From Octopus sinensis (Eukaryota): a DNA stretch of 64,000 bases. Below the pieces are notes generated by a model, which ran no database searches, was not told where the DNA came from, and saw only the letters and a list, made by a program, of their open reading frames with translations. The translations under genes and the position numbers were made by a program. Of the stretch, positions 39,157 to 52,163 are shown piece after piece. Within the stretch, counting starts at the first letter, position 1, and each line of letters opens with the position of its first letter. Location of the stretch: positions 2,604,001 to 2,668,000 of the forward strand of contig NC_043024.1 in assembly GCF_006345805.1 (NCBI RefSeq). The letters are read 5' to 3'.

Positions 39157-39980
39157 TTAGGGTTAGGGTTAGGGTTAGTGGTTAGGGTTAGGTTAGAGTT
39201 AGGGTTAGGGTTAGGTTAGAGTTAGGTTAGAGTTAGGGCTAGGGTTAGGGTTAGAGTAAGGGCTTGGGTTAGGGTTAGGGCTAGAGGTTAGGGTTAGGGT
39301 TAGGGTTAGGGTTAGAGTAAGGGCTTGGGTTAGGGCTAGAGGTTAGGGTTAGGGTTAGGGTTAGGTTAGAGTTAGGGTTAGGGTTAGAGTAAGGGCTTGG
39401 GTTAGGGTTAGGGCTAGAGGTTAGGGTTAGAGTTAGGGTTAGGGTTAGAGTAAGGGCTTGGGTTAGGGTTAGGGCTAGAGGTTAGCGGTAGGTTAGAGTT
39501 AGGGTTAGGGTTAGGTTAGAGTTAGGGCTAGGGTTAGGGTTAGGGTTAGGGTTAGGTTAGGGTTAGGGTTAGTGGTTAGGGTTAGGTTAGAGTTAGGGTT
39601 AGGGTTAGGGTTAGGTTAGAGTTAGGTTAGAGTTAGGGCTAGGGTTAGGGTTAGAGTAAGGGCTTGGGTTAGGGTTAGGGCTAGAGGTTAGGGTTAGGGT
39701 TAGGGTTAGGTTAGAGTTAGGGTTAGGGTTAGAGTAAGGGCTTGGGTTAGGGTTAGGGCTAGAGGTTAGGGTTAGGGTTAGGTTAGAGTTAGGGTTAGGG
39801 TTAGAGTAAGGGCTTGGGTTAGGGTTAGGGCTAGAGGTTAGGGTTAGCGGTAGGTTAGAGTTAGGGTTAGGGTTAGGGTTAGTTTAGAGTTAGGGCTAGG
39901 GTTAGGGTTAGGGTTAGGTTAGAGTTAGGGTTAGGGCTAGGGTTAGGGTTAGAGTAAGGGCTTGGGTTAGGGTTAGGGTT
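39157..39980 (+). repeat. Interstitial telomeric array (TTAGGG)n with variant units
   Basis: ~825 bp of TTAGGG interspersed with TTAGAG, TTAGG, CTAGGG and TAAGGGCTTGGG. Confidence 0.97.
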
Positions 39981-40227
39981 GCCGCTCCTCTTAGCCAAGA
40001 GTGTCGTTGTTGTGGCTTCTGAGCACCAGTTAGCAGGTAACCGAGGGCTTGGAATTCCCTTGCATTAAATTGCATGCTGTTTTTCTCGGTCCATTTACAT
40101 ATGGCATTTAGCTCTTTCTGCAGAAGACATATTCCCCTCTCAGGCCTAATTGCAGAGGTCCTTCAGTTTTTTCTAAGCCCTGTAAAAGAACTCGAAAGGT
40201 TGGCCCTCCAGCCAGGTCTTTCATGAC

Positions 40228-40555
40228 TGTATGCGTGTGTGTGTGTGACTATGCATGTGTGTGTGTGTGTGACTGTCTGTGTGTGTGTGTGAGAGAGATT
40301 GTGTGTGTGTGTGAGACTGTATGCATGTGAGTGTTTGTGTGTGTGTGTGAATGTGTGCATATGTATATGTGTGTGTGTGTATGGCCATGTGTGTATGCAT
40401 GTGTATGTTTGTGAATGTGTCTGTGAGAGTGTGCATGTATGTGTGTGTGTCTGTATGTTTGTGTGTGTGCATGCATGCATATGTGTGTGTGTGTGACTGT
40501 GTGTGTGCATGTGTCTGTCTGTGTGTATGTGTCTATGTGTATGCCTGCATGTACA
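40228..40555. repeat. Degenerate (GT)n/(GTAT)n microsatellite
   Basis: Direct inspection. Confidence 0.9.
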
Positions 40556-41129
40556 CCAGATTTCGTCTCCGTTTCTCTCTTTTCCTATTTTTCCTTCCTT
40601 ATCTTTAATCTACCCCGTGGGGTGGATGCGGATCCCCTCTCCTCCCCTCCCCTCCCATCTCCTTTCTCCATCTATTTTCCTCTCACCTCTCCCTCCTACC
40701 TCCTCTCTCTCCCCCCTCTCTGTATCCTGCCTCTTCCAATTATAAAAGCATCACTTCTCATGCATTTTTCTTTGTCACCTAATTTATTATTCGTCACAAA
40801 TTCCGCCGACTAAACACTAATTAACATCAATTAAACATTTGCACAAGGCCAAGACCATAATTATCATTTGCAAATCTTAATTTATCTGCCCAATTTAGTT
40901 TTTCTTCCCCAATTATTTTTGTGTCTTTTTTTTTAGCATTAAATATAATACCAGCAGATAAGAAACCATTTTGTTGCAGATTGTACACACAGACAGACAC
41001 ACACATGCACATGTGTGTGTGTGTTTGTATATATATATATATATATATACATATGTATATATATGCATGTATACATACATACATATACAAAGATATCTCA
41101 AAAATAAATAGAGACCCCTCATTGTATAT

Positions 41130-41136
41130 GTATATT

Positions 41137-41232
<96 letters not shown>
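41130..41232. repeat. Long (TA)n microsatellite
   Basis: Direct inspection. Confidence 0.95.
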
Positions 41233-41234
41233 GG

Positions 41235-42459
41235 CGTAGGAGTGGCTGTGTGGTAAGTAGCTTGCTAACCAACCACATGGTTCCGGGTTCAGTCCCACTG
41301 CATGGCACCTTGGGCAAGTGTCTTCTGCTATAGCCCCGGGCCGACCAATGCCTTGTGAATGGATTTGGTAGACAGAAACTGAAAGAAGCCTGTCGTATGT
41401 ATGTGTGTGTCTGTGTTTGTCCCCTTAGCATTGCTTGACAACTGATGCTGGTGTGTTTATGTCCCCGTTACTTAGCGGTTCGGCAAAAGAGACCGATAGA
41501 ATAAGTACTGGGCTTACAAAAAAGAATAAGTCCCAGTGTCGATTTGCTCGACTAAAGGCGGTGCTCCAGCATGGCCGCAGTCAAATGAGATATATGTGTG
41601 TGTATAGTGAAGGCACGTGGCTTAGTGGTTAGGGGCATTCAGCTCATGATCGTAAGGTCATGGGTTCAATTCCCAGTCGCAGATTGTGTCCTTGAGCAAG
41701 ACACTTTATTGCTGGAGCACTGCCTTCAAGTCGAGCAAATCGACCCCAAGACTTATTCTTTGTAAGCCTAGTACTTATTCTATCAGTCTCTTTTGCTGAA
41801 CCACTAAGTTACAGGACGTAAACACACCAGCATTGGTTGTCAAGCAATGCTAGGGGGACAAACGCAGACACACAAACACACACATGCATATATATATATA
41901 CATATATATGATGGGCTTCTTTCAGTTTCCGTCTACCAAATCCACTTACAAGGCTTTGGTCGGCCCAAGGCTATAGTAGAAGACACTTGCCCAAGGTGCC
42001 ACACAGTGGGAATGAACCCGGAACCATGTGGTTGGTAAGCAAGCTACTTACCACACAGCCACTCCTGCGCCTATAGATATTTTTTAATTCTTTTACTTGT
42101 TTCAGTCATTTGACTGCGGCCATGCTGGAGCACCGCCTTTTGAGTACAGCAGGGATCACCACCTCCTGCCGGAGCCTCGTGGAGCTTTTAGGTGTTTTCG
42201 CTCAATAAACACACACAACGCCCGGTCTGGGAATCGAAACCGCGATCCTCCGACCGCAAGTCCGCTGCCCTAACCACTAGGCCATTGCGCCTCCACATAT
42301 ATATATATATATATATACACACTTTATATATATATATATATAGGCGCAGGAGTGGCTGTGTGGTAAGTAGCTTGGGCAACTGTCTTCTGCTATAGCCTCT
42401 GGCCGACCAAAGCCTTGTGAGTGGATTTGGTAGACGAAAACTGAAAGAAGCCTGTCGTA

Positions 42460-42502
<43 letters not shown>

Positions 42503-42950
42503 TTGTGTGTCTGTGTTTATCCCCCTAGCATTGCTTGACAACCGATGCTGGTGTGTTTACGTCCCCGTCACTTAGCGGTTCGGCAAAAAGAAACCGATAG
42601 AATAAGTACTGGGCTTACAAAGAATAAGTCCCGGGGTCGATTTGCTCGACTAAAGGTGGTGCTCCAGCATGGCCGCAGTCAAATGACTGAAACAAGTAAA
42701 AGAGTATATATATATATATATATATGTGGCTGTGTGGTAAGTAGCTTGCCTACCAACCACATGGTTCTAGGTTCAGTCCCACTGCGTGGCATCTTGGGCA
42801 AGTGTCTTCTGCTATAGCCTTGTGAGTGGATTTGGTAGACGGAAACTGAAAGAAGCCTGTCGTATATATGTATATATATGTATGTATGTATGTGTATGTA
42901 TATGTTTGTTTGTCCATCTAGCATTGCTTGACAACCGATGCTGGTGTGTT
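41235..42950. mobile_element. Cluster of S1/S2 SINEs in both orientations
   Basis: S1(+) 41235-41590, S1(-) ~41700-42070, S2(-) ~42140-42295, S1(+) 42342-42705 and 42725-42950. Confidence 0.8.
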
Positions 42951-42954
42951 TATA

Positions 42955-44087
42955 AATAATAATAATAATAATAATAATGAAATTATTGTATACAGTGCTC
43001 AGGTGCACCACAACTTGTCAGAAAGTGCATATAAAGTACATGCAGTAGTGTAGAAATGTCTGGGTGTATGGAGGGGAGAAAATCAAGTGTAGTGTTGGCG
43101 AATCTCAGGAAGCATGGAAGTCTTGAAGGAAGCAGTGCTCCGACAACTAACAACCGATGTCGGCAGTTTGTTCCACGCTTCAGCAACTCTCAGCGTGAAA
43201 AAATGTTTCCTGAAGTCATGGGAGCTGTGCTGTTTTCTTACTTTGTAAATATGTCCACGGGTGTTAGATGGGTGGAGTTTGAAGAGGTGCTCAGAGTTAT
43301 TGTTTGTGCGATGGTTGATAATTTTATGGGTGTCTGCCAAGTCAGCTGCCAGACGTCGGAGTTTCAATGTGTCCATGCCCAGGGAGGTAAGGCGTTCAGG
43401 ATATGGCAAATGCCTGATGGAGGGTATTCTTTTGGTTGCACGTCGCTGAACAGCTTCCAGATGATTGATGTCCTGGGCAAGATAGGGGCTCCAGACCGGC
43501 GATGCAAACTCCAGGTGAGGTCTTACCATAGCTATATGCAGCCGCAGATAGATAGCCGGAGAGCGGCTCACAAAGGATTTGGTGAGTGATGCCAAGACAC
43601 CCTCAGCCTTCTTGACAATTTTAGCGATGTGTTTTGTCCAACGCAAATCGCTGTCGACAATAACACCCAGGTCACGTTCACTTGAAGACCTTTTGAGACT
43701 AGTGTTGTGGAGGGAGTAGGTGGACGCTGGGTTTCTCCTCCCAAAATGCATGGTGGTACATTTGTCCACAGCCAGCTTGAGTTGCCAGTCCATGATCCAC
43801 TGCTGCATTGTGTCCAGGTCTGCTTGCAATAGAGATCCATAGTGTATAGGATTTGACCTCTTTATTTCGAGGTACAGCTTGATGTCATCTGCATATTTCA
43901 GCACTGTGGCATTCTTTAAGTTGGCATCTATGTCATTAACATATGCAACAAATAAAAGGGGGCCAAGAACAGATCCCTGCGGCACACCAGATGTCATCTC
44001 ATAGGGCGAAGAGTGCTGTCCTAGAACTGTGACAACCTCTTTTCGGCCGAAAATAAAGGACTTTAACCAGTTATAGAGTTCGTCTGT
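42955..44087 (-). mobile_element. CR1/L2-group LINE, 5'-truncated; RT C-terminal ORF 43083-43997
   Basis: SGVPQGSVLGPLLF, KYADD, RPHLEFASPVWSP, LEAVQRRATK and FFTLRVAEAWNKLP motifs; (ATT)n tail. Confidence 0.9.
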
Positions 44088-44248
44088 CCCCGTTACTTAG
44101 CGGTTCGGCAAAAAGAGACCGATAGAATAAGTACTGGGCTTACAAACAATAAGCCCCGGGGTCAATTTGCTCGTCTAAAGGTGGTGCTCCAGCATGGCCG
44201 CAGTCAACTGACTGAAACAAGTAAAAGAGTAAAGAGAGTATATATATA

Positions 44249-44735
44249 CAGAGGTTGGACAAAATAATGGAAACACCTTAAAATTTCAAACAGATTTATT
44301 TTAATATGGGGTAAGACCGCCTTTGGCAGTAATTACAGCTTGAATTCTACGAGGTATGGACTCGTACAAAGTTTTAATTGTTTCCAAAGGAATTTTTGTC
44401 AATTCTTCAGCTAAAACAGTCTCTAGTTCTTGTATTGATGATGGTGGAGGATATTGACTCCTTACTTGTTTTTCTAAAATGCATCAATGTTCAATAATAT
44501 TGAGATCTGGGGACTGTGGTGGCCAGATAAGATGTTCAACTTCACTAGAATGTTCCTCGTGCCATTCAGTAACGACTTTAGCTGTGTGAATTGGTGCGTT
44601 ATCATCCTGAAACATTACGTTTCCCTCCGGAAACAGTTCCACAACCATAGGATGAATTTGATCCGATAAAATGCTTAAATAGTCTTGACTATTAATTCTG
44701 CCATGAAGGGAAAGCATTGGGCAGCACAAGAGTAT
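44249..44735 (-). mobile_element. Tc1 element right end: transposase C-terminus and terminal repeat
   Basis: FQDDNAPIH and WPPQSPDLNIIEH motifs. The terminus TA|CAGAGGTTGGACAAAATAATGGAAACACC sits next to a TA tract. Confidence 0.85.
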
Positions 44736-45809
44736 AACAGGGGTCGCCACCACTCCCTGCCGGAGCCTCGTGGAGTTTCAGGAGTTTTCGCTCAATAAAC
44801 ACAACGCACAACGCCCGGTCTGGGAATCGAAACCGCGATCCTCCGACCGCGAGTCCGCTGCCCTAACCACTACGCCATACAGCCTCCACTGCTGCTGTTG
44901 TTTTGTATGTTGTTGTCACAAGTACTGCTGCTGCTGTGTGTTTTCCAGTCAAACTTAAATACCGTCAACTCAACATTATAACCACCCCGTTTATATACAC
45001 ACTACGACCAGATATTTCCATTTATAACAACCATGGTTCTAAACGTTGACTACAACTACCTGGGGTCCAGTGGCATGAAAGTCTCCAATATATGCTTTGG
45101 CGCCCTAACTTTTGGCGCTACTGTAAGTAAACCCCGTTTTTACACCTTTATTCATTCATCAACTCCTATCCTCATGCTTTCCGAAATCCGTCGAAACTAC
45201 ACCTGATTATATATGCACTTTAGATGAGTTGTAGTGCACCTGAGCACTGTACACAATGTTTATTATTATTATTATATCCTAACATATTCTAAGCATCCCT
45301 GATAATAACGATTATAGTAACTTATCGAACTTGGTAAGAAAACCACTAATTTACTATGACGATGGCCTTTACATGGTTACTACTTTCTTTTCGACACCCC
45401 CGTAGCAATGTGAATGTACAGCCCGAAGTTTTAGTGTCATTTTACAATACATTCCTTTTGTTTGGGGCATACCTTCAACAGGTATTCATACACGAACATG
45501 CATTTTAGGTGTGACCCAAACAATAGGGAAATATGTACAAGAGTTTATATACATATTAAGAGGGAGACACAAAATTCGTTTGTTATAATACTTTAAACAG
45601 GTTATTGTACGTCACGCACGGGGGAATATTAAGATCAACACCAGGTATGTTTGAGTTATTAGCGTAAACATGTTTTTATACCTGAAAATAAAAATAAAAA
45701 CAAGATGTACAATCAGAGGTAGATGTAAAGTCTCTCTGAGTTATCCCTGAGCCGTTTTCAAATATAAGACACCCCCTCAACCCTCCCCCCCAAAAAACAA
45801 AGTATATCA

Positions 45810-46140
45810 TAACCTACCTACCTACATACCTGTCTACCTATTTGCCTACTTACCTACCTATTTGCCTACATATCTCTCTACTCACCTACCTATCTCTCTA
45901 CTTAACTACCTACCTCTCTACTTACCTACCTATCTCTCTACTTACCTACCTATCTCTCTATTTACCTACCTGTATCTCTATTTACCTACCTGTATCCCTA
46001 CTTACCTACCTATTTCTCTACTTACCTACCTATCTCTCTACTTACCTACCTACCTACTTATCTCTCTACTTACCTACGTGTCTCTCTACTTACCTACCTA
46101 TCTCTCTACTTACCTACCTATTTACCTACTTACCTTACCT
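45810..46140. repeat. 20-bp minisatellite (CTTACCTACCTATCTCTCTA)n
   Basis: Direct inspection. Confidence 0.85.
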
Positions 46141-46744
46141 GTCTATAATTGAGCCCCGCTCCAACTTCGTTTCTTCGCATCTTTAATAAAAATGATTATT
46201 TCTTTTTAATGAAATTTCCTACAAATTCCGTTCAGACGGTGTAGATTCCAACTATGTCAATTTAATGTGGGGAAAAGAAAAGGCGGGAAAAAATTAGTGC
46301 GTGGATTTCAGACACCTTGACACGTTTTTATTAAGATTACAATTATGTTGGAGAAAAAAAAATTGGAACCCTGCTTTACGCACAGCATAATAATCCCTCA
46401 TAACTTATTTTTGGGGGGAATTTTCAGAAACTTTAGCGAATTTGTATTTCACACACGGGAATTCGTACGAGTATGCAAAGACCAAAACAAAAGGATTTTT
46501 CTGCGTGATTTAAGGGGGGTGTTTAGCTGTTATTTTTAGCACATCTCACGACCACCTCATACCGTCCTCGTTTGTTTGTCGCTTTAACGTATTGAGGTTT
46601 TTAAATTATCTTTCTCCCGATAAACACATCTAAGGGTCAATGGCTGGGATTTAAGCCAACAATTCGGACCAGTCGTATTTTAAACTTTAATTTAAAAACA
46701 AAAATTCGAAAAGTTGAATATTTTAAAATTACGATACTCTTTAC

Positions 46745-47153
46745 TCTTTTACTCTTTTACTTGTTTCAGTCATTTGACTGCGGCCATGCTGGAGCACCGC
46801 CTTTTTAGTCGAGCAAATCGACCCCGGGACTTATTCTTTTGTAAGCCCAGTACTTATTCTATCGGTCTATTTTGCCGAACCGCTAAGTTACGGAGACGTA
46901 AACGCACCAGCATCGGTTGTCAAGCAATGCTAGGGGGACAGACACAGACACACAAACACACACACACACATACATATATATACATATATACAATGGGTTT
47001 CTTTCAGTTTCCGTCTACCAAATCCACTCATAAGGCTTTGGTCGGCCCGAGGCTATAGTAGAAGACACTTGCCCAAAGTGCCACGCAGTGGGATTGAACT
47101 CGGAACCATGTAGTTGGTTAGCAAGCTACTTACCACACAGCCACTCCTACGCC
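46745..47153 (-). mobile_element. SINE family S1
   Basis: Full-length reverse-complement copy. Confidence 0.85.
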
Positions 47154-48224
47154 TGCCATTAAGAAAATATATATATATTTTTTACATTTATTTCATCTCC
47201 GCCACCCTACAACACTTCTTACCCATTTTCGTTTCCCTTGCCATGGGGTAAGGGACTTCGAAGGATAGTCATTCCAAAATTCATCAAAAAAGGAAAGAAA
47301 TTGATACAAGGGTGTTTTGTGTTTGTAAAAATCTCAGCATCCCCCCCCCCCAATTCATTTTTCTTTTTAATTATAAATATTTTCCTTTCAAATAACGAAG
47401 CAGTTAGGTTTCTTGTAGTCCTCGCTGTCCCATTCAGGTGAAGTGGAGAGGCTAAGGGGCGAAACGCTACTGACCCTGAGATACCGGCTGATGATAACAC
47501 AAAGATTTCTAACACTGCGATGGATTTAAGAGCTTGCAAAATCTCTTAGTAGCTTCTGCAGTTTCTATGTGGGACAAAGCGCTTCTGATGATTAATTCAC
47601 CTACCCCACAGACACACACATTCTTTTTAGCTAGGGGTATATGAAGTATAATATCTCACCCCTAACCTTAAGCTTTATTCACCCTTCTCAGGAAAAAAAT
47701 ATTGCATTGCCTGGTCCAGGAGCCTGCGATATCACGAGCGTGGGTAGTACACAACCCCAATCTCTAGGCCTCCACCCATATGTTATACTACTCGTACACA
47801 CAGTATTATGTGACATAGGACACACACACACACATGCGCGCAGTATTTGATGGCATAGGACATGCCAGGCATATTAGACACAGCCCTTATTAAATAGCGA
47901 AACTAGGATGTATGGTTATATAGTAGCCTCAGTGTCACCTTGATAAAAGCTTCCCATGGGGCTGACCGCTCAGCCAGCCAGCTACTCTGCTTCCCCAATT
48001 TCAGCAGTGCTTAGCCTAAAATACGTTATCTTTAAACAAACCTATCATCACATTAAACTACTTAACAATACAAAAGCACTTCAGCTGTAACAGAAAACCT
48101 TATTGTTTGTACAGTCAATTGAAAAGCTGAACTTTACTTTCATTTAACATAAACATGTATGTCTTTTAGGACAGAGTTCAAGATTTTGCTGGAAAATTCC
48201 TAAATTAACATAAACATTTATCAT

Positions 48225-48618
48225 CATCATCACTTAGCGTCCGCTTTCCATGCTAGCATGGGTTGGACGGTTCAGCTGGGGTCTGGAAAGCCAGAAGGCT
48301 GCACCAGGCCCAGTCTGATCTGGCAATGTTTCTACAGCTGGATGCCCTTCCTAACGCCAACCACTCCGTGAGTGTAGTGGGTGCTTTTTACGTGCCACCA
48401 GCACAGGTGCCAGACGAGGCTGGTAAACAGCCAGGATCGGATGGTGCTTTTTACGTGCCACCGGCACGGGGGCCAGATGAGGCTGGCAACGGCCATGATC
48501 GGATGGTGCTTTTTACATGTCACCAGCACGGGGGCCAGATGAGGCTGGCAACGGCCATGATCGGATGGTGCTTTTTACATGTCACCAGCACGGGGGCCAG
48601 ATGAGGCTGGCAACGGCC
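48225..48618 (-). mobile_element. RTE 3'-UTR fragment, reverse orientation
   Basis: Reverse complement of the RTE tail with three ~58-bp internal repeats; (ATC)n at the left end. Confidence 0.8.
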
Positions 48619-50980
48619 TGAGGCTATGAAAGAAAATTACTGGAGAACATTCTAATTCTTCCAAATCTTTAAAACTGTATTGAAACCATTTGTGGGGATT
48701 TTTTTTTCACTTTTTTAATCACATACACATCTGAGCTTAACGAGAATAAAATATAACGAAGGCATAGGAGTGGCTGTGTGGTAAGTAGCTTGCTTATGAA
48801 CCACGTGGTTCCAGGTTCAGTCCCACTGCGTGGCATCTTGGGCAAGTGTATTCTACTATAGCTTTGGGCCGACCAAAGCCTTGTGAGTGGATTTGGTAGA
48901 TGGAAACTGAAAGAAGCCCATCGTATATATATACATAGGTGCAGGAGTGGCTGTGTGGTAAGTCGCTTGCTTACCCACCACATGGTTTCGGGTTCAGTCC
49001 CACTGTGTGGCACCTTGGGCAAATGTCTTCTACTATAACTTCGGGCTGACCAAAGCCTTGTGAGTGGATTTGGTAGATGGAAACTGAAAGAAGCCCATCA
49101 TATATAGGTATATATATATACCAATAATAACAAAGGGTAAAACTAATTAATTAAGAAGTAATCAATAATTTCACCAAGCAGAATTCGGCATGAAAGAAGG
49201 ACCATTTCATGGTAAACTTAAGTAATACTTAATAATTAGGGTTCAGCGAAGATTTGCTTTACCACAGACTGAAGTTTAGAAATAGCAGCCAAAATCCCTT
49301 AGCTATTTCTTCTACTTTAAAAAGGGACTCCCAGAAAAACCAAAATACTTGTAAACATATATATATATATATATATATTATATGTAGAAAAATACAAACT
49401 GGGACAAGAACGTAAAACATTTAGAAGACAATACAAAAAACACGGACGGGACATTTGAAGCCTTTAATCTTCAGTCAAGAACCGGATCATCCTCGCAATT
49501 TCGGCTGATTAATCTTGAGATCGCTCCGATCTGGCCAGCCCCAAGGAAAAACTAAGCTACGAGCATTAGATTTCTTGGAAGAAGGATCAAATGTATACGA
49601 AACAGGGACAGAAAAACGGACGATGCCACATGAATATAAATACAAAAAACAATAATGGTAATAACAGGACAAAAACAGCAGGTGTCTTACGACTATGAAC
49701 AGTAGACAGTACAACTTAGTTTAGCTGGCGTATTTGGAAAAAAATGCCTTTTTCGGCAGACGAAGACAACGATGTTCTCATGGCGCTGGTTAGAAGCCGA
49801 AAGGCTGGTTTATATATATCCTGTTAAACCTGCCAACACATGCCAGCATTGAAAACCAATGTTAAATGAAGATAATTACACAAACGAGAGCCAGAATGAT
49901 TAACTAAAAATTCAAACCTGAGCATCTATTATAATTTCTAAAGTGTCAATGTTCCAAATATTTGTATTTAATCCCATGCTCAAAATATTTTGTTTGAATT
50001 GTATCTTTTCAGTGCAAAATATGGAATTGTATAAAGTAATTAGCAAAGACAATTAATTCACTGAATATTGTTGCATTCCAATCCTTTATTTTTTTTTTGT
50101 ATAGACAACAAAACAGTAATTCTTGTGAATCTGAAGAATGGTTTGGTGCCAGAGATATATCGGATAAAACAACCCTATTTCAAAACCATTTCTATTCATC
50201 CCATTGCTGCCAAGGAGTTTTTGGTGGAGATGAAGCCATGTGGTTAGAAGTTTGCTTCCAAACCACGATTTCTGGTTCAGTCCCACTGCACAGCACCTTG
50301 AGCAAGTATCTTTTACTTTGGCCCATGGCTGACCAAAACCTTCTGGATTTGGTAGGCAGAAATGATTCTTTCGGAGAAAGTATATCAAAATTAAGTTTTT
50401 GTTCAGCAATTCTTTAATAATTTTTCAGCAGAATATGGTGGGTGTGTTAGAACTTCTTAATCAAACTCTTGAATAGAATTGGACAGAGGAGAATTTATCT
50501 GGCAATCTAGTCTTTTATTTAATACCCACACTGTGTCTATGTATGTGTGTGTATATACACACGCATGCATGCACGCGTGCACAAGCATACCCCCAAAAAT
50601 GCATAGACATTAGTAATTTAGCTGAAAAAATAATTGAAAACAAATTTCTTTACTGAAATTACTAAACAAATATTTTCAATTTTGATGCACTGTCTCTGAA
50701 ATACAGCCAAGAGAAACTGAAAGAAGCTTGTCAAAAGGTAATAACCTGAAGGTGCTATATTAGAATATGGCAGGTGTGTTAGAATTTCCTAACCAAAAAC
50801 TCTCGAATGTTCCGCACAGTGAGATTGAAACCGGGAACCATGTCATTGCCGAGTCAACTTCTTAACAACTTTATTCTTAATGTTTAGTTCTTTTTTCTTT
50901 ATCAGTACTTGACAAAAATTAATGAACTGTTAATTAATTTTAAGGTCTAATTTTGCTAAATTGTATTTTTTTGTTGATAG

Positions 50981-51132
50981 GATGAAAAAAGTCATCGACC
51001 AGGTCAGTTGGATCCCACAGGTTCATATCAACTCCTTGACCGTTTTGCTGAATGTGGTGGCAACTTCATAGACACAGCAGATGTCTACACGAACCGTCAG
51101 TCAGAGACAATTGTTGGTAATTGGCTCAGCAG
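50981..51132 (+). CDS. Aldo-keto reductase, internal exon a (catalytic Asp and Tyr)
   Basis: AG|[11 protein letters not shown]...[25 protein letters not shown]|GTAGG; phase-2 donor. Confidence 0.9.
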
Positions 51133-51179
51133 GTAGGAATATAGTTTTCTGTATAAAACGTTTCTGTATAAATCTAATT

Positions 51180-51835
51180 TGTGGAGGTGCATGGCTCAGT
51201 GGTTAGAGCGTCGAGCTTACGATCGTGAGGTTGTGAGTTTGAATCCCGGACCGAGCTGTGTGTTGTGTTCTTGAGCAAGACACTTTATTTCACATTGCTC
51301 CAGTTTACTCAGCTGTAGAAATGAGTTGCCACGTCACAGGTGCCAAGCTGTATCGGCCCCTTTTGCCTTTCCCTTGGATAACATCAGTGGTGTGAAGAGG
51401 AGAGGCTTGTGTGCCTAGGTGACTGTTGGTCTTCCATTATCAACCTTGCCCAGACTTGTGCCTGGGGGGGGGGTAACTTTCTAGGTGCAATCCCAGGGTC
51501 AGTCATGGCCGAAGGGGGTCTTTACCCTTTACCCTCTGTACATATGATGGCATGGAGAGGTGAGGCTGATATGTATGGGCAACTGCTGGTCTTCCATAAA
51601 CAACCTTGCCTGGACTTGTGCCTCAGAGGGGAACATTCTAGGTGCAATCCCACGGTCAGTTATGACCGAAGGGGGTCTTTACCCTATGTACATAGGATGG
51701 TGTTGAGAGGAGAGGCTGGTATGCATGGGCAACTGCTGGTCTTCCATAAACAACCTTGCCCAGACTTGGTGCCTGGGAAGGTAACCTTCTAGGTGCAATC
51801 CCACGGTCAGTCATGACCGAAGGGGGTCTCAAGTC
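51180..51835 (+). mobile_element. tRNA-head SINE with CORE-like centre and triplicated 3' module
   Basis: Box A/B head and CTTGAGCAAGACACTT...CTCAGCTGTAGAAATG. The module GTCTTCCATAAACAACCTTGCC...GACCGAAGGGGGTC occurs 3 times; an inverted copy lies at ~59660-59840. Confidence 0.65.
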
Positions 51836-52163
51836 AATAAATCTAATTTAACAGAAGTCAATGTTTGGGGCTGTTTGTAATTAATAATACCGTCACTGGG
51901 ATTACTAAAGTAAGGTAGCTCAACTGCAGATTGTTAAGGGACGACATAATTATCTGTGAACCTGATGTCAATTCAAACCAATAAAACGTTCCTATAGGCA
52001 TAGGAGTGGCTGTGTGGTGAGTAACTTGCTTATCAATCACATGGTTCTGGGTTCAGTCCCACTGCATGACACCTTGGGCAAGTGTCTTCTACTATAGCCT
52101 CGGGCCGACCAAAGCCTTGACAATGGATTTGGTAGACGGAAACTGAAAGAAGCCCATCGTATA

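Noticed and set aside
39157-39980. True chromosome end
   Set aside because: 24 kb of ordinary sequence, including a gene, follows the array, and the repeats are degenerate. A misjoin remains possible and needs spanning reads.
40163-41431. Numerous His/Thr-, Cys/Val- and Ile/Tyr-repeat ORFs
   Set aside because: Translations of (CA)n, (GT)n and (TA)n microsatellites.
47219-47539. ORF with a signal-peptide-like start (MQALKSIAVLEIFVLSSAG)
   Set aside because: No recognisable domain or splice support, and it ends in low-complexity sequence.
49440-49480. Degenerate hammerhead-like motif on the minus strand (CTGAAGA...CTTCAAATGTC) in a probable Penelope-like repeat
   Set aside because: GAAA is broken and no stem I could be formed, so it is too weak to call.
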